Shown in pieces: positions 29,167 through 38,643 of a stretch of 64,000 bases of DNA; positions within the stretch are counted from its first letter, which is position 1, and every line of letters starts with the position of its first letter. The notes beneath the pieces are model-generated. The model was not told the origin of the DNA. It saw nothing but the letters and a program-made list of their open reading frames with translations, and did not search any database. The DNA is taken from assembly GCA_016178045.1 (NCBI GenBank), contig JACOUE010000006.1:1067-65066 (forward strand), written 5' to 3'. This DNA is from Chloroflexota bacterium (lineage in GTDB: Bacteria > Chloroflexota > Dehalococcoidia > SM23-28-2 > JACOUE01). A program made the translations under genes and the position numbers.

Positions 29167-30387
29167 ATGAAGAAGTGTCGCATCTGCGAGGGCCGTAACC
29201 TCCACAAGTTCCTCTCGCTGGGGAGGCAGCCCCACTGCAACCGCTTCCTGCGTGAGCAGGACCTCGCCCTGGACGAGCCTGCCTACCCGCTGGACCTCTA
29301 CTTCTGCGATGACTGCGCCCTGGTGCAGCTGGGGTACGTCGTTCCGCCGGAGAAGATGTTCCGCGACTACCCCTACGTCTCCGGGACGACGGCCACCCTT
29401 CCCGCGCACTTTCAGCGCCTGGCCCAGGAGATCGTCGCCCGCTTCGACGTGCCGCGCGGCTCGCTGGTAGCCGACATCGGCAGCAACGACGGCACGTTCC
29501 TGCGTGGCTTTCAGCAGCTGGGGATGCGCGTCCTGGGGTTCGACCCGGCCGTGAACATCGCCGCGCTGGCCAACGAGGCGGGGATCGAGACGGTGCCGGA
29601 GTTCTTCGATCGCGACGTATCCGCCAGGGCGGCGGCGGAAAAGGGGAAGGCGAAGGTGATCACCGCCGCCGGCGTCTTCTACCACGTGCCCGACCTCCCC
29701 GACTTCGTCGAGGGGGTGAGGGCGCTGCTGGCGGACGACGGGATCTTCGTGGTGCAGGCGATCTACCTGCTGGACATGATCGAGAAGACGTCCTTCGACA
29801 ACGTTTACCACGAGCACCTCTGCTACTACTCCCTCAAGCCCCTCACCGTCCTGTTCAACCGCTTCAACATGGAGGTGTTCGAGGTGGAGCGCGCCCCCAT
29901 CCACGGCGGCTCCATCATCGTCTACGTCCGCCAGGGGATCAGCCGGGGCCGGAAGGAGTCGGTAGAGGCCCTGCTGGCGGAGGAGGCGCGTCGCGGCCTG
30001 TACTCGCTGGAGACGTATCAGGAGTTCGCCTGCCGGGTGGCGGGCGTCAGGGAGAAGCTCGTCTCTCTCCTCCGCGACCTGCGGGCGCAGGGGAAGGGGA
30101 TCGCCGCTTACGGGGCGCCGGCCAAGGGGAACACCATGCTCAACTACTGCCGCATCGGGCCGGACGTCCTGAGGTACGCCGCCGAGAAGAACCCCCTCAA
30201 GCAAGGGCTGTACACGCCGGGCATGCACATCCCGGTCATTGCCGAGGAGAAGGCGCGGGAGGACCCGCCGGACTACTACCTGGTCCTCCCCTGGAACTTC
30301 CTCGACGAGTTCCTGGAGAAGGAGCGCGAGTTCCGGGAGAGGGGCGGCCGCTTCATCGTTCCCATTCCCGAGCCGCACATCGTCTGA
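29167..30387 (+). CDS. SAM-dependent NDP-sugar C-methyltransferase (TylCIII-like)
   Basis: Trimmed by 17 residues to MKKCRICEGRNLHKFLSLGRQPHCNRFL (N-terminal Zn-ribbon-like Cys cluster CRIC...CDDC). Has DIGSNDGTFL (SAM motif I) and the C-terminal C-methyltransferase domain (YAAEKNPLKQGLYTPG). Confidence 0.75.
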   Translation: MKKCRICEGRNLHKFLSLGRQPHCNRFLREQDLALDEPAYPLDLYFCDDCALVQLGYVVPPEKMFRDYPYVSGTTATLPAHFQRLAQEIVARFDVPRGSLVADIGSNDGTFLRGFQQLGMRVLGFDPAVNIAALANEAGIETVPEFFDRDVSARAAAEKGKAKVITAAGVFYHVPDLPDFVEGVRALLADDGIFVVQAIYLLDMIEKTSFDNVYHEHLCYYSLKPLTVLFNRFNMEVFEVERAPIHGGSIIVYVRQGISRGRKESVEALLAEEARRGLYSLETYQEFACRVAGVREKLVSLLRDLRAQGKGIAAYGAPAKGNTMLNYCRIGPDVLRYAAEKNPLKQGLYTPGMHIPVIAEEKAREDPPDYYLVLPWNFLDEFLEKEREFRERGGRFIVPIPEPHIV

Positions 30388-30406
30388 GAAGGAGGTCGCG
30401 CAGAGC

Positions 30407-31345
30407 ATGCGGATACTGGTCACGGGTGGCGCCGGCTACGTGGGCTGCGTTCTCGTGCCGCTGCTACTGGCGGCGGGACACCGGGTTGTCGTTCTGGACA
30501 GCCTGCGCAAGGGCGGCCTCGGGCTCCTCCCCTGGGCCGGCCACCCCCGCCTTGAGACCGTGGTCGGCGACGTCCGTGACGCTGAGGCCGTGCGGGGCGC
30601 GCTCAAGGACGCCGACGCGATCATGCACCTGGCCGCCATCGTGGGCTATCCGGCCTGCCAGAAGGACCCCTGGCTGGCCCGGACGACCAACTTGGACGGC
30701 ACCGAGAACCTCATCCGCCAGCGGTCACCGCAGCAGCCCATCATCTACCCCTCCAGCCTGAGCAACTACGGCACGGTGGTCGACCAGGTGTGCACGGAGG
30801 AGATGGAGCCGAAGCCCATCACCCTCTACGGCGTCACCAAGCAGGAGGCGGAGAAGCGCCTGCTCGAGGCCGGGAACGCCGTCGTCTTCCGGCCGGCCAC
30901 CGTGTTCGGCCTCTCGCCGCAGATGCGTCTCGACCTCCTCTTCAACGAGTTCGTCTACAAGGCGCTGCGCGACCGTCACCTCGTGGTGTACCAGCCGAAC
31001 TTCGTGCGGGCGTTCATCCACGTCCGCGACTTCGCCCGCGCTTTCCTCTTCGCCCTCGACCACCTGGAGGAGATGCGGGGGCAGGTCTACAACCTCGGCG
31101 CCGACTCCCTGAACCTGACGAAGGGCGAGCTGGCGAAGCGCATCCGCCGCCGCCTCGACTTCGTCCTGCGCATCTCAAACAACGGCGAAGACCCCGACAA
31201 GCGCAACTACCGGGTGGACTTCTCCAAGCTGACGCGACTGGGCTTTTCAGTGGAGACCGGCATCGACGAAGGGATCGACGAGCTGGTGCGGGGGCTGCCG
31301 CTTATAGAAGTCGACAACCCCTTCAGTAACGTCGCCTACACCTAG
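30407..31345 (+). CDS. NAD-dependent sugar-nucleotide epimerase/dehydratase (extended SDR)
   Basis: Trimmed to MRILVTGGAGYVGCVL, after GAAGGAGG. Has the YGVTK (YxxxK) motif. Confidence 0.75.
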   Translation: MRILVTGGAGYVGCVLVPLLLAAGHRVVVLDSLRKGGLGLLPWAGHPRLETVVGDVRDAEAVRGALKDADAIMHLAAIVGYPACQKDPWLARTTNLDGTENLIRQRSPQQPIIYPSSLSNYGTVVDQVCTEEMEPKPITLYGVTKQEAEKRLLEAGNAVVFRPATVFGLSPQMRLDLLFNEFVYKALRDRHLVVYQPNFVRAFIHVRDFARAFLFALDHLEEMRGQVYNLGADSLNLTKGELAKRIRRRLDFVLRISNNGEDPDKRNYRVDFSKLTRLGFSVETGIDEGIDELVRGLPLIEVDNPFSNVAYT

Positions 31346-31354
31346 GAGCAGCCT

Positions 31355-32371
31355 GTGGGGTTCTTCGAAGGCAGGAAGGTTCTCGTCACCGGCGCCGCCG
31401 GCTTCATCGGCACGAACCTGGTGGAGCGGCTGGTGCGGGACGGCGCCGTCGTACGGGCCGCCGACAGCTTCGAGCGGACGGGCCGGACCCATGTGGCGTC
31501 CCTCGTGGACGCGGCGGAGGTATTGGAGGGCGACCTCCGGGACCGTGACAGCTGCCTGGAGGCCTGCCGCGGCGCCGAGGTCGTTTTCCACTTGGCCGCC
31601 CGCGCCGGCAGCTCCGATTACTACCGCCGCCACCCGGCGACCGTGCTGAACGAGAACCTGGTCATCGACGCCCAGGTGCTGGAGGCGGCCCGCCGCCGCG
31701 GCGTGGAGCGCTACTTCTACACGAGCAGCGTCTTCGTCTACCCGCGCCAGTACCAGATGGGACCCGAGCCGCGGCCGCTCCGGGAGGAGGACGCCCTGCC
31801 CGCTTCCCCGCCCCTCTCCTACGGCTGGGCGAAGCTGATGGGCGAGAAGGCCTTGGAGTACGCCGTCGGCGAGGACCACTCGTTCCGGGCCGCCGTTTTT
31901 CGCCTGATAGGTGCTTACGGCCCCCACCAGGACCTCGACGACGAACGCGGTTCGGTAATACCGGTCCTCATCCGCAGGGCCATTGAGTATCCCGCCCAAC
32001 CTTTCGCCATCCGGGGCGCCGGCCAGGAGCTGCGGTCTTTTTGCTACATCAGCGACGTCATCGACGCCATGCTCCTCGCTGTCGAGAAGCTGGACGGCGT
32101 GCGCCTGCTGGGCCCACTCAACGTCGGGAGCGAGGAGAGCGTCCCCATTATCAACGTCGTCGAGGAGATAGTGCGAATGTCGGGGAAGAGCATACCCATC
32201 GTCCAGCTGCCCGCGGCCGGCCCGGTCTGGAGCCAGGCCGTCGACTGCTCCCGGGCCAGGGAGGCCCTGGACGGCTGGACACCGAAGGTGCCGCTGGCGG
32301 AAGGCGTCCGCCGCACCTTCGCCTACGTCGAGGCCGTCCTCGAGCGCCGGCAGGTGGCCGATGTCCGATAA
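31355..32371 (+). CDS. NAD-dependent sugar-nucleotide epimerase/dehydratase (extended SDR)
   Basis: 338 aa. Has VLVTGAAGFIGTNLV, YTSS and YGWAK (YxxxK) motifs. Confidence 0.75.
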   Translation: MGFFEGRKVLVTGAAGFIGTNLVERLVRDGAVVRAADSFERTGRTHVASLVDAAEVLEGDLRDRDSCLEACRGAEVVFHLAARAGSSDYYRRHPATVLNENLVIDAQVLEAARRRGVERYFYTSSVFVYPRQYQMGPEPRPLREEDALPASPPLSYGWAKLMGEKALEYAVGEDHSFRAAVFRLIGAYGPHQDLDDERGSVIPVLIRRAIEYPAQPFAIRGAGQELRSFCYISDVIDAMLLAVEKLDGVRLLGPLNVGSEESVPIINVVEEIVRMSGKSIPIVQLPAAGPVWSQAVDCSRAREALDGWTPKVPLAEGVRRTFAYVEAVLERRQVADVR

Positions 32372-33407
32372 CGGCGGCAAGTTCGTACGGGCGCGGGCCC
32401 CCCTGCGCATCAGCTTTGTGGGCGGGGGCACCGACCTCCCCGCCTACTACACGCGGTTCGGAGGGGCGGTGCTCGCCGGCACGGTCAACCGCTACACCTA
32501 CGTGACCCTGGCCCCCCGCGAGGACGACTACGTCAGCATCTCGTCGCTGGACTTCGACGTCACCGTCAAGTACCACGTCGACGAGGAGCCCATCTACAAC
32601 GACGCGCTGAAGCTGGCCCAGGCGGCGGTAAGGCGCCTCGTCCCCCGTCATAGCAACTCCCACGGCTTCGACCTGTACATCCAGAGCGACGCCCCCGCCG
32701 GCAGCGGCCTGGGCGGCTCCACGGCGCTGGTGCTCGCCATCCTCGGGGCGATCATGAAGTTCAAGGGCATCGTGCTCGACAACCAGACGCTGGCCGAGCT
32801 CGCCTACACCATCGAGCGCTTCGACCTGGGCATCAGCGGCGGCAAGCAGGACCAGTACCAGGTCACTTTCGGCGGCTTCAACCTCATCGAGTTCAACCGG
32901 GAGGCCGTGTCGGTGAACCCGCTGGCCGTGTCGAGGGTCATCCTCAACGACCTCGAGCACCACCTGCTGATCTGCTACACCGGCAAGACCCACACCTCGG
33001 CCCAGATCACCGACAAGCTCGACGACTACGTCCGCAGCGAGCGGCCCGCGACCATCGAGGGCCTGCGCCTGCTGCGCGGGCTGGTGTACGACCTGAAGGA
33101 CGCCCTCCTGGAGGGCAGGCTGCTGGACGCGGCCTACATGCTGGACTGCGCCTGGCAGCTGAAGCTGAAGCTGAATCCCCCGGAAGTGACCGACCCCTTC
33201 ATCAACGACCTGTACGAGGAGGCGAGGAAGAGCGGCGCCCTGGGCGGCAAGCTGCTCGGCGCCGGGGGCGGCGGCTTCCTGCTTCTCTTCTGCGAGTCGA
33301 GCAAGAAACGCGCGGTGCGGGAGAGACTGGAGGCCATGGGCTGCCAGTTCGCCCCCTTCTCTTTCGTCGAAGAGGGGCTCGGCGCCTGGTGGAGTAACCA
33401 GCTGTGA
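32361..33407 (+). CDS. Second GHMP sugar kinase (HddA paralogue)
   Basis: 348 aa. Has RAPLRISFVGGGTDLPAYY, PAGSGLGGSTAL and GAGGGGFLLLF. Clearly paralogous to the kinase at 22859. Confidence 0.75.
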   Translation: MSDNGGKFVRARAPLRISFVGGGTDLPAYYTRFGGAVLAGTVNRYTYVTLAPREDDYVSISSLDFDVTVKYHVDEEPIYNDALKLAQAAVRRLVPRHSNSHGFDLYIQSDAPAGSGLGGSTALVLAILGAIMKFKGIVLDNQTLAELAYTIERFDLGISGGKQDQYQVTFGGFNLIEFNREAVSVNPLAVSRVILNDLEHHLLICYTGKTHTSAQITDKLDDYVRSERPATIEGLRLLRGLVYDLKDALLEGRLLDAAYMLDCAWQLKLKLNPPEVTDPFINDLYEEARKSGALGGKLLGAGGGGFLLLFCESSKKRAVRERLEAMGCQFAPFSFVEEGLGAWWSNQL

Positions 33408-34582
33408 ACGACGCGACCGGCAGAGCCGGAGGAAGAGAGGCCGCCGTGAAAGTCACCGAACGTCCCTACCACGAGCGCATTCGCGCCAAGGAGACGATCC
33501 CCTACTACGAGGCCTGGCTGGGCGACGAGGAGCTCGCCCACCTGCGGGACGTCATCGAGAACCGCTGGGTGTCGGAGGGGCCGAAGACGGCGGAGTTCGA
33601 GAGGCGCATCGCGGAGGTGTGGGGCGTAAGGCACGCCGTCGCCGTCGCCAACTGCACCGCCGGCCTGATCATGAGCCTGAAGGCCCTCGGCATCGGCGAG
33701 GGGGACGAGGTGATCGCCCCTGCCTTCACCTTCATCGCCACCATCAACGCCATCCGCCTGGCCGGGGCTACTCCCGTCCTCGTCGACGTGGACGCCCGCA
33801 CCTTCAACATCGACCCGGGGCAGGTCGAGGCGGCGATAACCCCGCGGACGCGCGCGATCGTTCCCGTCCACCTGTTCGGCCAGCCGGCGGACATGGAGCG
33901 GGTGATTGCCATCGCCGGAGCGCACGGCCTCCCGGTGGTGGAGGACGCAGCGCAGGGGGTGGGCGTGCGCTTCCTGAACCGCTGCGTCGGCTCCTTCGGC
34001 GACTGCGGCTGCCTCTCGTTCTTCGCCGACAAGTCGATCACCACCGGCGAGGGAGGCGTCGTCCTCACCGACTCCGACGAGCTGGCTACCGAGATCCAGT
34101 ACTGGAAGAACGACGGCCGCCTGGAGCGCGGCGTCTACGTCCACTACCGCATCGGCTACAACTTCCGCGTCACCGACCTCCAGATGGCGGTGGGATTGGG
34201 CCAGCTCGACAAGCTGGACGCCATCGTCGAGCGCAAGCGCGCCAACGAGGCGCTCTATAAGCGCTACCTCGCCGGCCTGGAGCAGGTCGAGTTCCCGTAC
34301 GACGACCCGCGCGCCGTGCGCGTGCCTCATCGGGTCAACATCCTGGTGGACGACCCGCAGGGGCTGGTCGATGCCCTGGCCGCCGAGGGGATCGGCTGCC
34401 GGCGCTTCTTCCATCCCGTCCACCTCCAGCCCTGCTACGAGGGCGACTTCGCCGGCCCCTTCCCCAACGCCGAGCGCGCCTACCAGCGCGGCGTCTCGCT
34501 CCCTTCGTCCCCCCTGCTGACGGGGGAGCAGGTGGCCCACGTGTGCGAGAAGATTCGGGGTTATTACCGGAGGGCACGGTGA
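33404..34582 (+). CDS. DegT/DnrJ/EryC1/StrS-family PLP-dependent sugar aminotransferase
   Basis: 392 aa. Has VANCTAGL, PAFTFIATINA and the PLP-lysine context LSFFADKSITTGEGG. Confidence 0.85.
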   Translation: MNDATGRAGGREAAVKVTERPYHERIRAKETIPYYEAWLGDEELAHLRDVIENRWVSEGPKTAEFERRIAEVWGVRHAVAVANCTAGLIMSLKALGIGEGDEVIAPAFTFIATINAIRLAGATPVLVDVDARTFNIDPGQVEAAITPRTRAIVPVHLFGQPADMERVIAIAGAHGLPVVEDAAQGVGVRFLNRCVGSFGDCGCLSFFADKSITTGEGGVVLTDSDELATEIQYWKNDGRLERGVYVHYRIGYNFRVTDLQMAVGLGQLDKLDAIVERKRANEALYKRYLAGLEQVEFPYDDPRAVRVPHRVNILVDDPQGLVDALAAEGIGCRRFFHPVHLQPCYEGDFAGPFPNAERAYQRGVSLPSSPLLTGEQVAHVCEKIRGYYRRAR

Positions 34583-35832
34583 GCAGCGTCGCCGTCCGGA
34601 CCGGGTCGCAACCCTTACGGGAACCAGCGGTGCCCCGAAAGGCCGCCGAGAAGCTCGTCTACTTCGAGCCGCTGGGCTACGTCGACCGCTCCCAGTGGGA
34701 GATGTTCGACTTCCCGCCCGAGGGGTACCGCTTCGTCCTGCCCGAGCCGGCCCTGCGCGACCGGCTGGTGGTCAACGACCTGGTGCTGAGCCGACTCTAC
34801 CCGTGGCTGGACCGGGCGTTCCGCCTGCTGCGGGTGCCGCACCTTTTGCTGAAGAGCTACGTCGACAGCCTGACGCGGAAGCCGCCGGCGGGGGCGGCGC
34901 TCACCTACGCCTACAACCACCTAGTCTTCCGCCGCGAACCTTGGGTCTGCCAGCTCGAGTTCCCAACCAACCTGGTCGGGCGGGACGTCCGCATCCTGCG
35001 GCGCTGGAGGCGGCTGGTCGAGAGGGCGTTCGGCTCGCCCTGGTGCCGCAAGGTCATCGTCTGGGGCGAGGAGGGCCGGCGGGCGCTGGAGCAGAGCCTG
35101 GACTGCCGTCGCTTTGGCGAAAAGATCGAGACGGTGCCGCTGACCGTGCGGCCCCGCGACCCGGCCGGGCCGCGCCGCCGCGACGGGACCGTGCGGCTGC
35201 TCTTCGTCGGCTCCGGCAACCGCTCCGGCGAGTTCGACCTGAAGGGCGGCAAGGAGGCCATCGAGGCCTACGCCCGCCTCTGCCCCAGGTACGACAAGGT
35301 CTCGCTGGTCATCCGCTCCGACATGCCGCCGGCATGGATGCGGCGCTGCCGCGAGCTGCCCAACGTGAGGGTCATCGACCGGCAGCTTCCGTGGCCGGAG
35401 CTGGAGAAGGAGTACCGGAGCGCCGACATCTTCCTCCAAGCGGCGCTCTTCCCCGGCTACCACGTCGCGCCGCTGGACGCGATGAGCTTCGGCCTGCCGG
35501 TGGTCGCCACGGACTACGGCGACTGCCGGGAGAAGGTGAAGGACGGGGTGACGGGCTTCCTCGTGCCGAAGTCCTCCCGCATCCCCGACTTGGGCGAGGG
35601 CGGCCTCCCCGCCCGCCACACCGGCCTCCGCGGCGTGGTGGAAACGGGGTATCGAAACGTGGACGAGGAGATCGTGCGCGGGCTGGTGGAGAAGACGAGC
35701 GCCCTCATCGAAGACGCGGACCTGCGGCGGCGGATGGGAGAGGCCGGCCGCCGTGAGGTCGACGAGGGTCCGCTATCTATCGCCGCCCGCAACCAGAGGC
35801 TGAAGAGGATCTTCGATGAGGCCACTGCCTAG
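34579..35832 (+). CDS. GT-B glycosyltransferase (GT4-like C-domain), member 1 of three paralogues
   Basis: GTG 12 codons into track ORF 34543, overlapping the aminotransferase stop. C-domain reads LLFVGSGN...FDLKGGKE...DAMSFGLPVVATDYGDCREKVKDGVTGFLV. The N-domain motif FEPLGYV...PPEGYRF is shared with the GTs at 39392 and 42890. Confidence 0.7.
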   Translation: MSSVAVRTGSQPLREPAVPRKAAEKLVYFEPLGYVDRSQWEMFDFPPEGYRFVLPEPALRDRLVVNDLVLSRLYPWLDRAFRLLRVPHLLLKSYVDSLTRKPPAGAALTYAYNHLVFRREPWVCQLEFPTNLVGRDVRILRRWRRLVERAFGSPWCRKVIVWGEEGRRALEQSLDCRRFGEKIETVPLTVRPRDPAGPRRRDGTVRLLFVGSGNRSGEFDLKGGKEAIEAYARLCPRYDKVSLVIRSDMPPAWMRRCRELPNVRVIDRQLPWPELEKEYRSADIFLQAALFPGYHVAPLDAMSFGLPVVATDYGDCREKVKDGVTGFLVPKSSRIPDLGEGGLPARHTGLRGVVETGYRNVDEEIVRGLVEKTSALIEDADLRRRMGEAGRREVDEGPLSIAARNQRLKRIFDEATA

Positions 35833-36634
35833 CCCTCCGGTCAGCGGTGGCGTTGGCTGGGCCCTCCGCGAGGAGTTCTGGGAGGGGTTCCGCGGCCAGC
35901 TCGGGTTCGTGCTACGGGGCCGTCACCGCCAGGCCGTGGCCATGATGAAGCGCCACCACGCCGGCGGCGGCCGGCTGCTGGACGTGGGGTGCGGGGGCGG
36001 CGGCGTCGCCGCCCTGCTGCGCGAGGCCTGCGGCTTCGGCGAGGTGTTCGGCGCGGACATATCGGAGGAGAGCGTGGCCAGGGCGAGGTCGCTGGGGGTC
36101 AGCGCCGTCCAGCTCGACCTCGACGCTCAGGACCTGCCCTTTGAGGGCGGCTTCTTCGACGCCGCCTTCTGCGGCGAGGTCCTGGAGCACGTCGTGAACG
36201 CCGATCACCTGCTCGAGGAACTCTACCGTTCGCTGCGTCCGGGAGGGGTCGCCGTCCTTACGACGGCCAACCTGGCGGCGTGGCACAACCGGATCGGGCT
36301 GGGGCTGTTCGGCTGGCAGCCGTTCTACGCCGGCGTTAGCTACCGTTACACGGTGGGCCACCCCCGGCTGGGCGGGCAGGTCGTCGGCCAGGGCAGCGGC
36401 CGCATGCGCCCCTGCACGCTCTCGGCCCTGAGGGAACTGCTGGCCCTGTGCGGCTTTGAGCCCGTCGAGGTGCGTGGCTGGGGCTACTTCCGCGACGGCG
36501 ACGGCGGACACCCGCTGCTTCGGGCCGCCGCCCTCGTCGACAGGGTGTGCAGCAGGATCCCTTCATTGGCGGGGAATCTCATTGTGGCGGTGAAGAAGCC
36601 GGCGCCCGGTGCTGTGGTCAGGAGGATGGGATGA
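35816..36634 (+). CDS. Class I SAM-dependent methyltransferase (Methyltransf_11-like)
   Basis: 272 aa. Has LLDVGCGGGG (motif I), FDAAFCGEVLEHV and LRPGGVAVLTTANL. Confidence 0.75.
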   Translation: MRPLPSPPVSGGVGWALREEFWEGFRGQLGFVLRGRHRQAVAMMKRHHAGGGRLLDVGCGGGGVAALLREACGFGEVFGADISEESVARARSLGVSAVQLDLDAQDLPFEGGFFDAAFCGEVLEHVVNADHLLEELYRSLRPGGVAVLTTANLAAWHNRIGLGLFGWQPFYAGVSYRYTVGHPRLGGQVVGQGSGRMRPCTLSALRELLALCGFEPVEVRGWGYFRDGDGGHPLLRAAALVDRVCSRIPSLAGNLIVAVKKPAPGAVVRRMG

Positions 36635-37602
36635 GTGATCTGGTGGGAAAGCGCGTTGCGGTCACTGGAGGCGCCGGCTTTCTCGGGAATCACGTGGTGG
36701 AGCGACTGCGGGGGCGCGGGTGCCGGGACGTATTCGTGCCGCGCAGCGCCGAATACGACCTCCGCGATGGCAACGCCGTCGCCCGCGTGTACGAAAAGGC
36801 GAGGCCGCAGGTGGTTCTGCACCTGGCGGCCAGAGTGGGTGGCATCGGCTACAACAAGGAGCGCCCGGCGGAGACTCTGGTCGACAACCTGCTGATGGGC
36901 CTGCAGGTGATGGAGCAGGGACGGCGCTTCGGGGTGGAGAAGCTGGTGGCCGTCAGCTCCGTCTGCGCCTACCCGAAGTATGCCCCCCTCCCCTTCCAGG
37001 AGGGCGACCTGTGGGAGGGCTACCCGGAGGAGACCAACGGCCCCTACGGCGTCGCCAAGCGGGTGCTGGCGCTCCAGGCCCGGGTCTACCGCCAGCAGTA
37101 CGGATTCAACGCCGTCGCTCTCCTGCTGTCGAACCTCTACGGCCCCGGCGACAACTTCGACCCGTCTTCTTCGCACGTCATCCCGGCCCTCATCCGGCGC
37201 TGCCTGGAAGCGGCGGACGAGGGCCGGGAGAGCGTCGAGGTGTGGGGGAGCGGCAGCGCCTCCCGCGAGTTCCTCTACGTCGGGGACGCCGCCGAGGCCG
37301 TCGTCCTGGCCGCCGAGAGCTACGAGGGGCGGGAGCCCATCAATATCGGCAGCGGCGAGGAGGTCACCGTCCGTCAGCTGGCGGAGACCATCGCCCGGTT
37401 TACCGGTTTCCGGGGCCGCATCGAGTGGGACGCCTCGAAGCCCGACGGCCAGCCCCGCCGCAGCATCGACACGACCCGGGCGCAGTTTGAGCTGGGGTTC
37501 AAGACGAAGACGCCGCTGGAGGAGGGCCTGCGCAAGACGATCGAGTGGTACCTGGGGCAGCGGGAGACGGTAGCGGCACAGGTGGAAGGGAGAAGCGGGT
37601 GA
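36631..37602 (+). CDS. GDP-L-fucose synthase-like NDP-4-keto-6-deoxysugar 3,5-epimerase/4-reductase (intact paralogue)
   Basis: Trimmed by 28 residues to [19 protein letters not shown] (ATGA overlap). Has SSVCAYP, YGVAK and the [10 protein letters not shown] motifs typical of the Fcl/ColC family. Confidence 0.8.
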   Translation: [323 protein letters not shown]

Positions 37603-38643
37603 CTACCGAAGCTATCGATACGCGGCGGGCCCTGCGCGAGGCCCTTCAGCGCCACTTCGTCGAGCAGGCGCAGGTTCCCTTCGTCCCCGGGCAGACGCGC
37701 ATCCCCCTGATGGTGCCGCCTTACGGCTGGGAGGAGGCTCGTGGACGTGGAGCTGGAGACGTTCAACATATCGCCCGACGAGATCGAGAAGGCGATGACG
37801 CCGCGGACACGGGCGATCGTGCTGGCCCACCTGCTGGGCAACCCCTGCGAGATGGGGCGCATCATGGCCATCGCCCGTCGGCACGACCTGCTGGTCATCG
37901 AGGACGCCTGTGAGGCCCACGGCGCCGAGTACAGGGGCCGGAAGGCGGGCGGCTTCGGCGATATGTCGACCTTCAGCTTCTTCTTCGGTCACCACATCAG
38001 CACTATCGAGGGCGGTATGCTCCTCACGGACGACGACGAGTGTGCCGAGCTGGCCCGCACCCTGCGCGCCCACGGCTGGGTCCGCGATCGCTCCGACCGG
38101 GACGCTATCGCCCGCGGGCACCCGCAGATCGACCCGCGCTACCTGTTCGTCAACCTGGGCTACAACTTCCGTCCCACTGAAGTGCAGGGCGCCTTCGGCG
38201 TCCACCAGCTGAAGCGGCTCGAGGGGTACGTAGAAGCCAGGCGCGAGAACGCCCGCTACTGGAGCGGGCAGCTGGCCGGGCTTTCACCTCACCTCACCTG
38301 CCACAGCGAGAGGGAAGGGACGAGGCACGTCTGGTTCGGGTACCCAATGCTGGTCAAGCCCTCGGCCCCTTTCACCCGCGCCCAGGTCATGGCCCACCTG
38401 GAGGAGATGGGCGTCGAGACGAGGCCGGTGCTGGCGGGGAACATCGAGGAGGAGACGGTGATGCGGCTGGTGCCTTACCGGAAGGTAGGCGGCCTGGCCA
38501 ACGCCCGCTTCATCCACCGCAACGCCTTCTACATCGGCAACCACCAGGGCATCGGCTCTGAAGAAAGAGAAGCGGTGGCGGATTATATCCGGGACTTCGT
38601 GGTCAGCCGTGACGGGATGGTCGCCGGGAAGGCGAGCCGATAG
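37599..38643 (+). pseudogene. ColD/RfbH-type PMP-dependent NDP-4-keto-6-deoxysugar 3-dehydratase with an internal deletion of about 85 codons plus a frameshift
   Basis: GTG-initiated N-part VTTEAIDT...VPFVPGQTRIPLMVPPYGWEEA (tail of ORF 37545..37913) jumps frame directly into VDVELETFNISPDEIEKAM... (ORF 37741..38643). The segment holding the small-domain/PLP-phosphate pocket (xSGSxAN...GDEVI...) is absent. The active site reads FSFFFGHHISTIEGG, with His in place of the aminotransferase Lys, as in ColD/E1. Confidence 0.7.
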
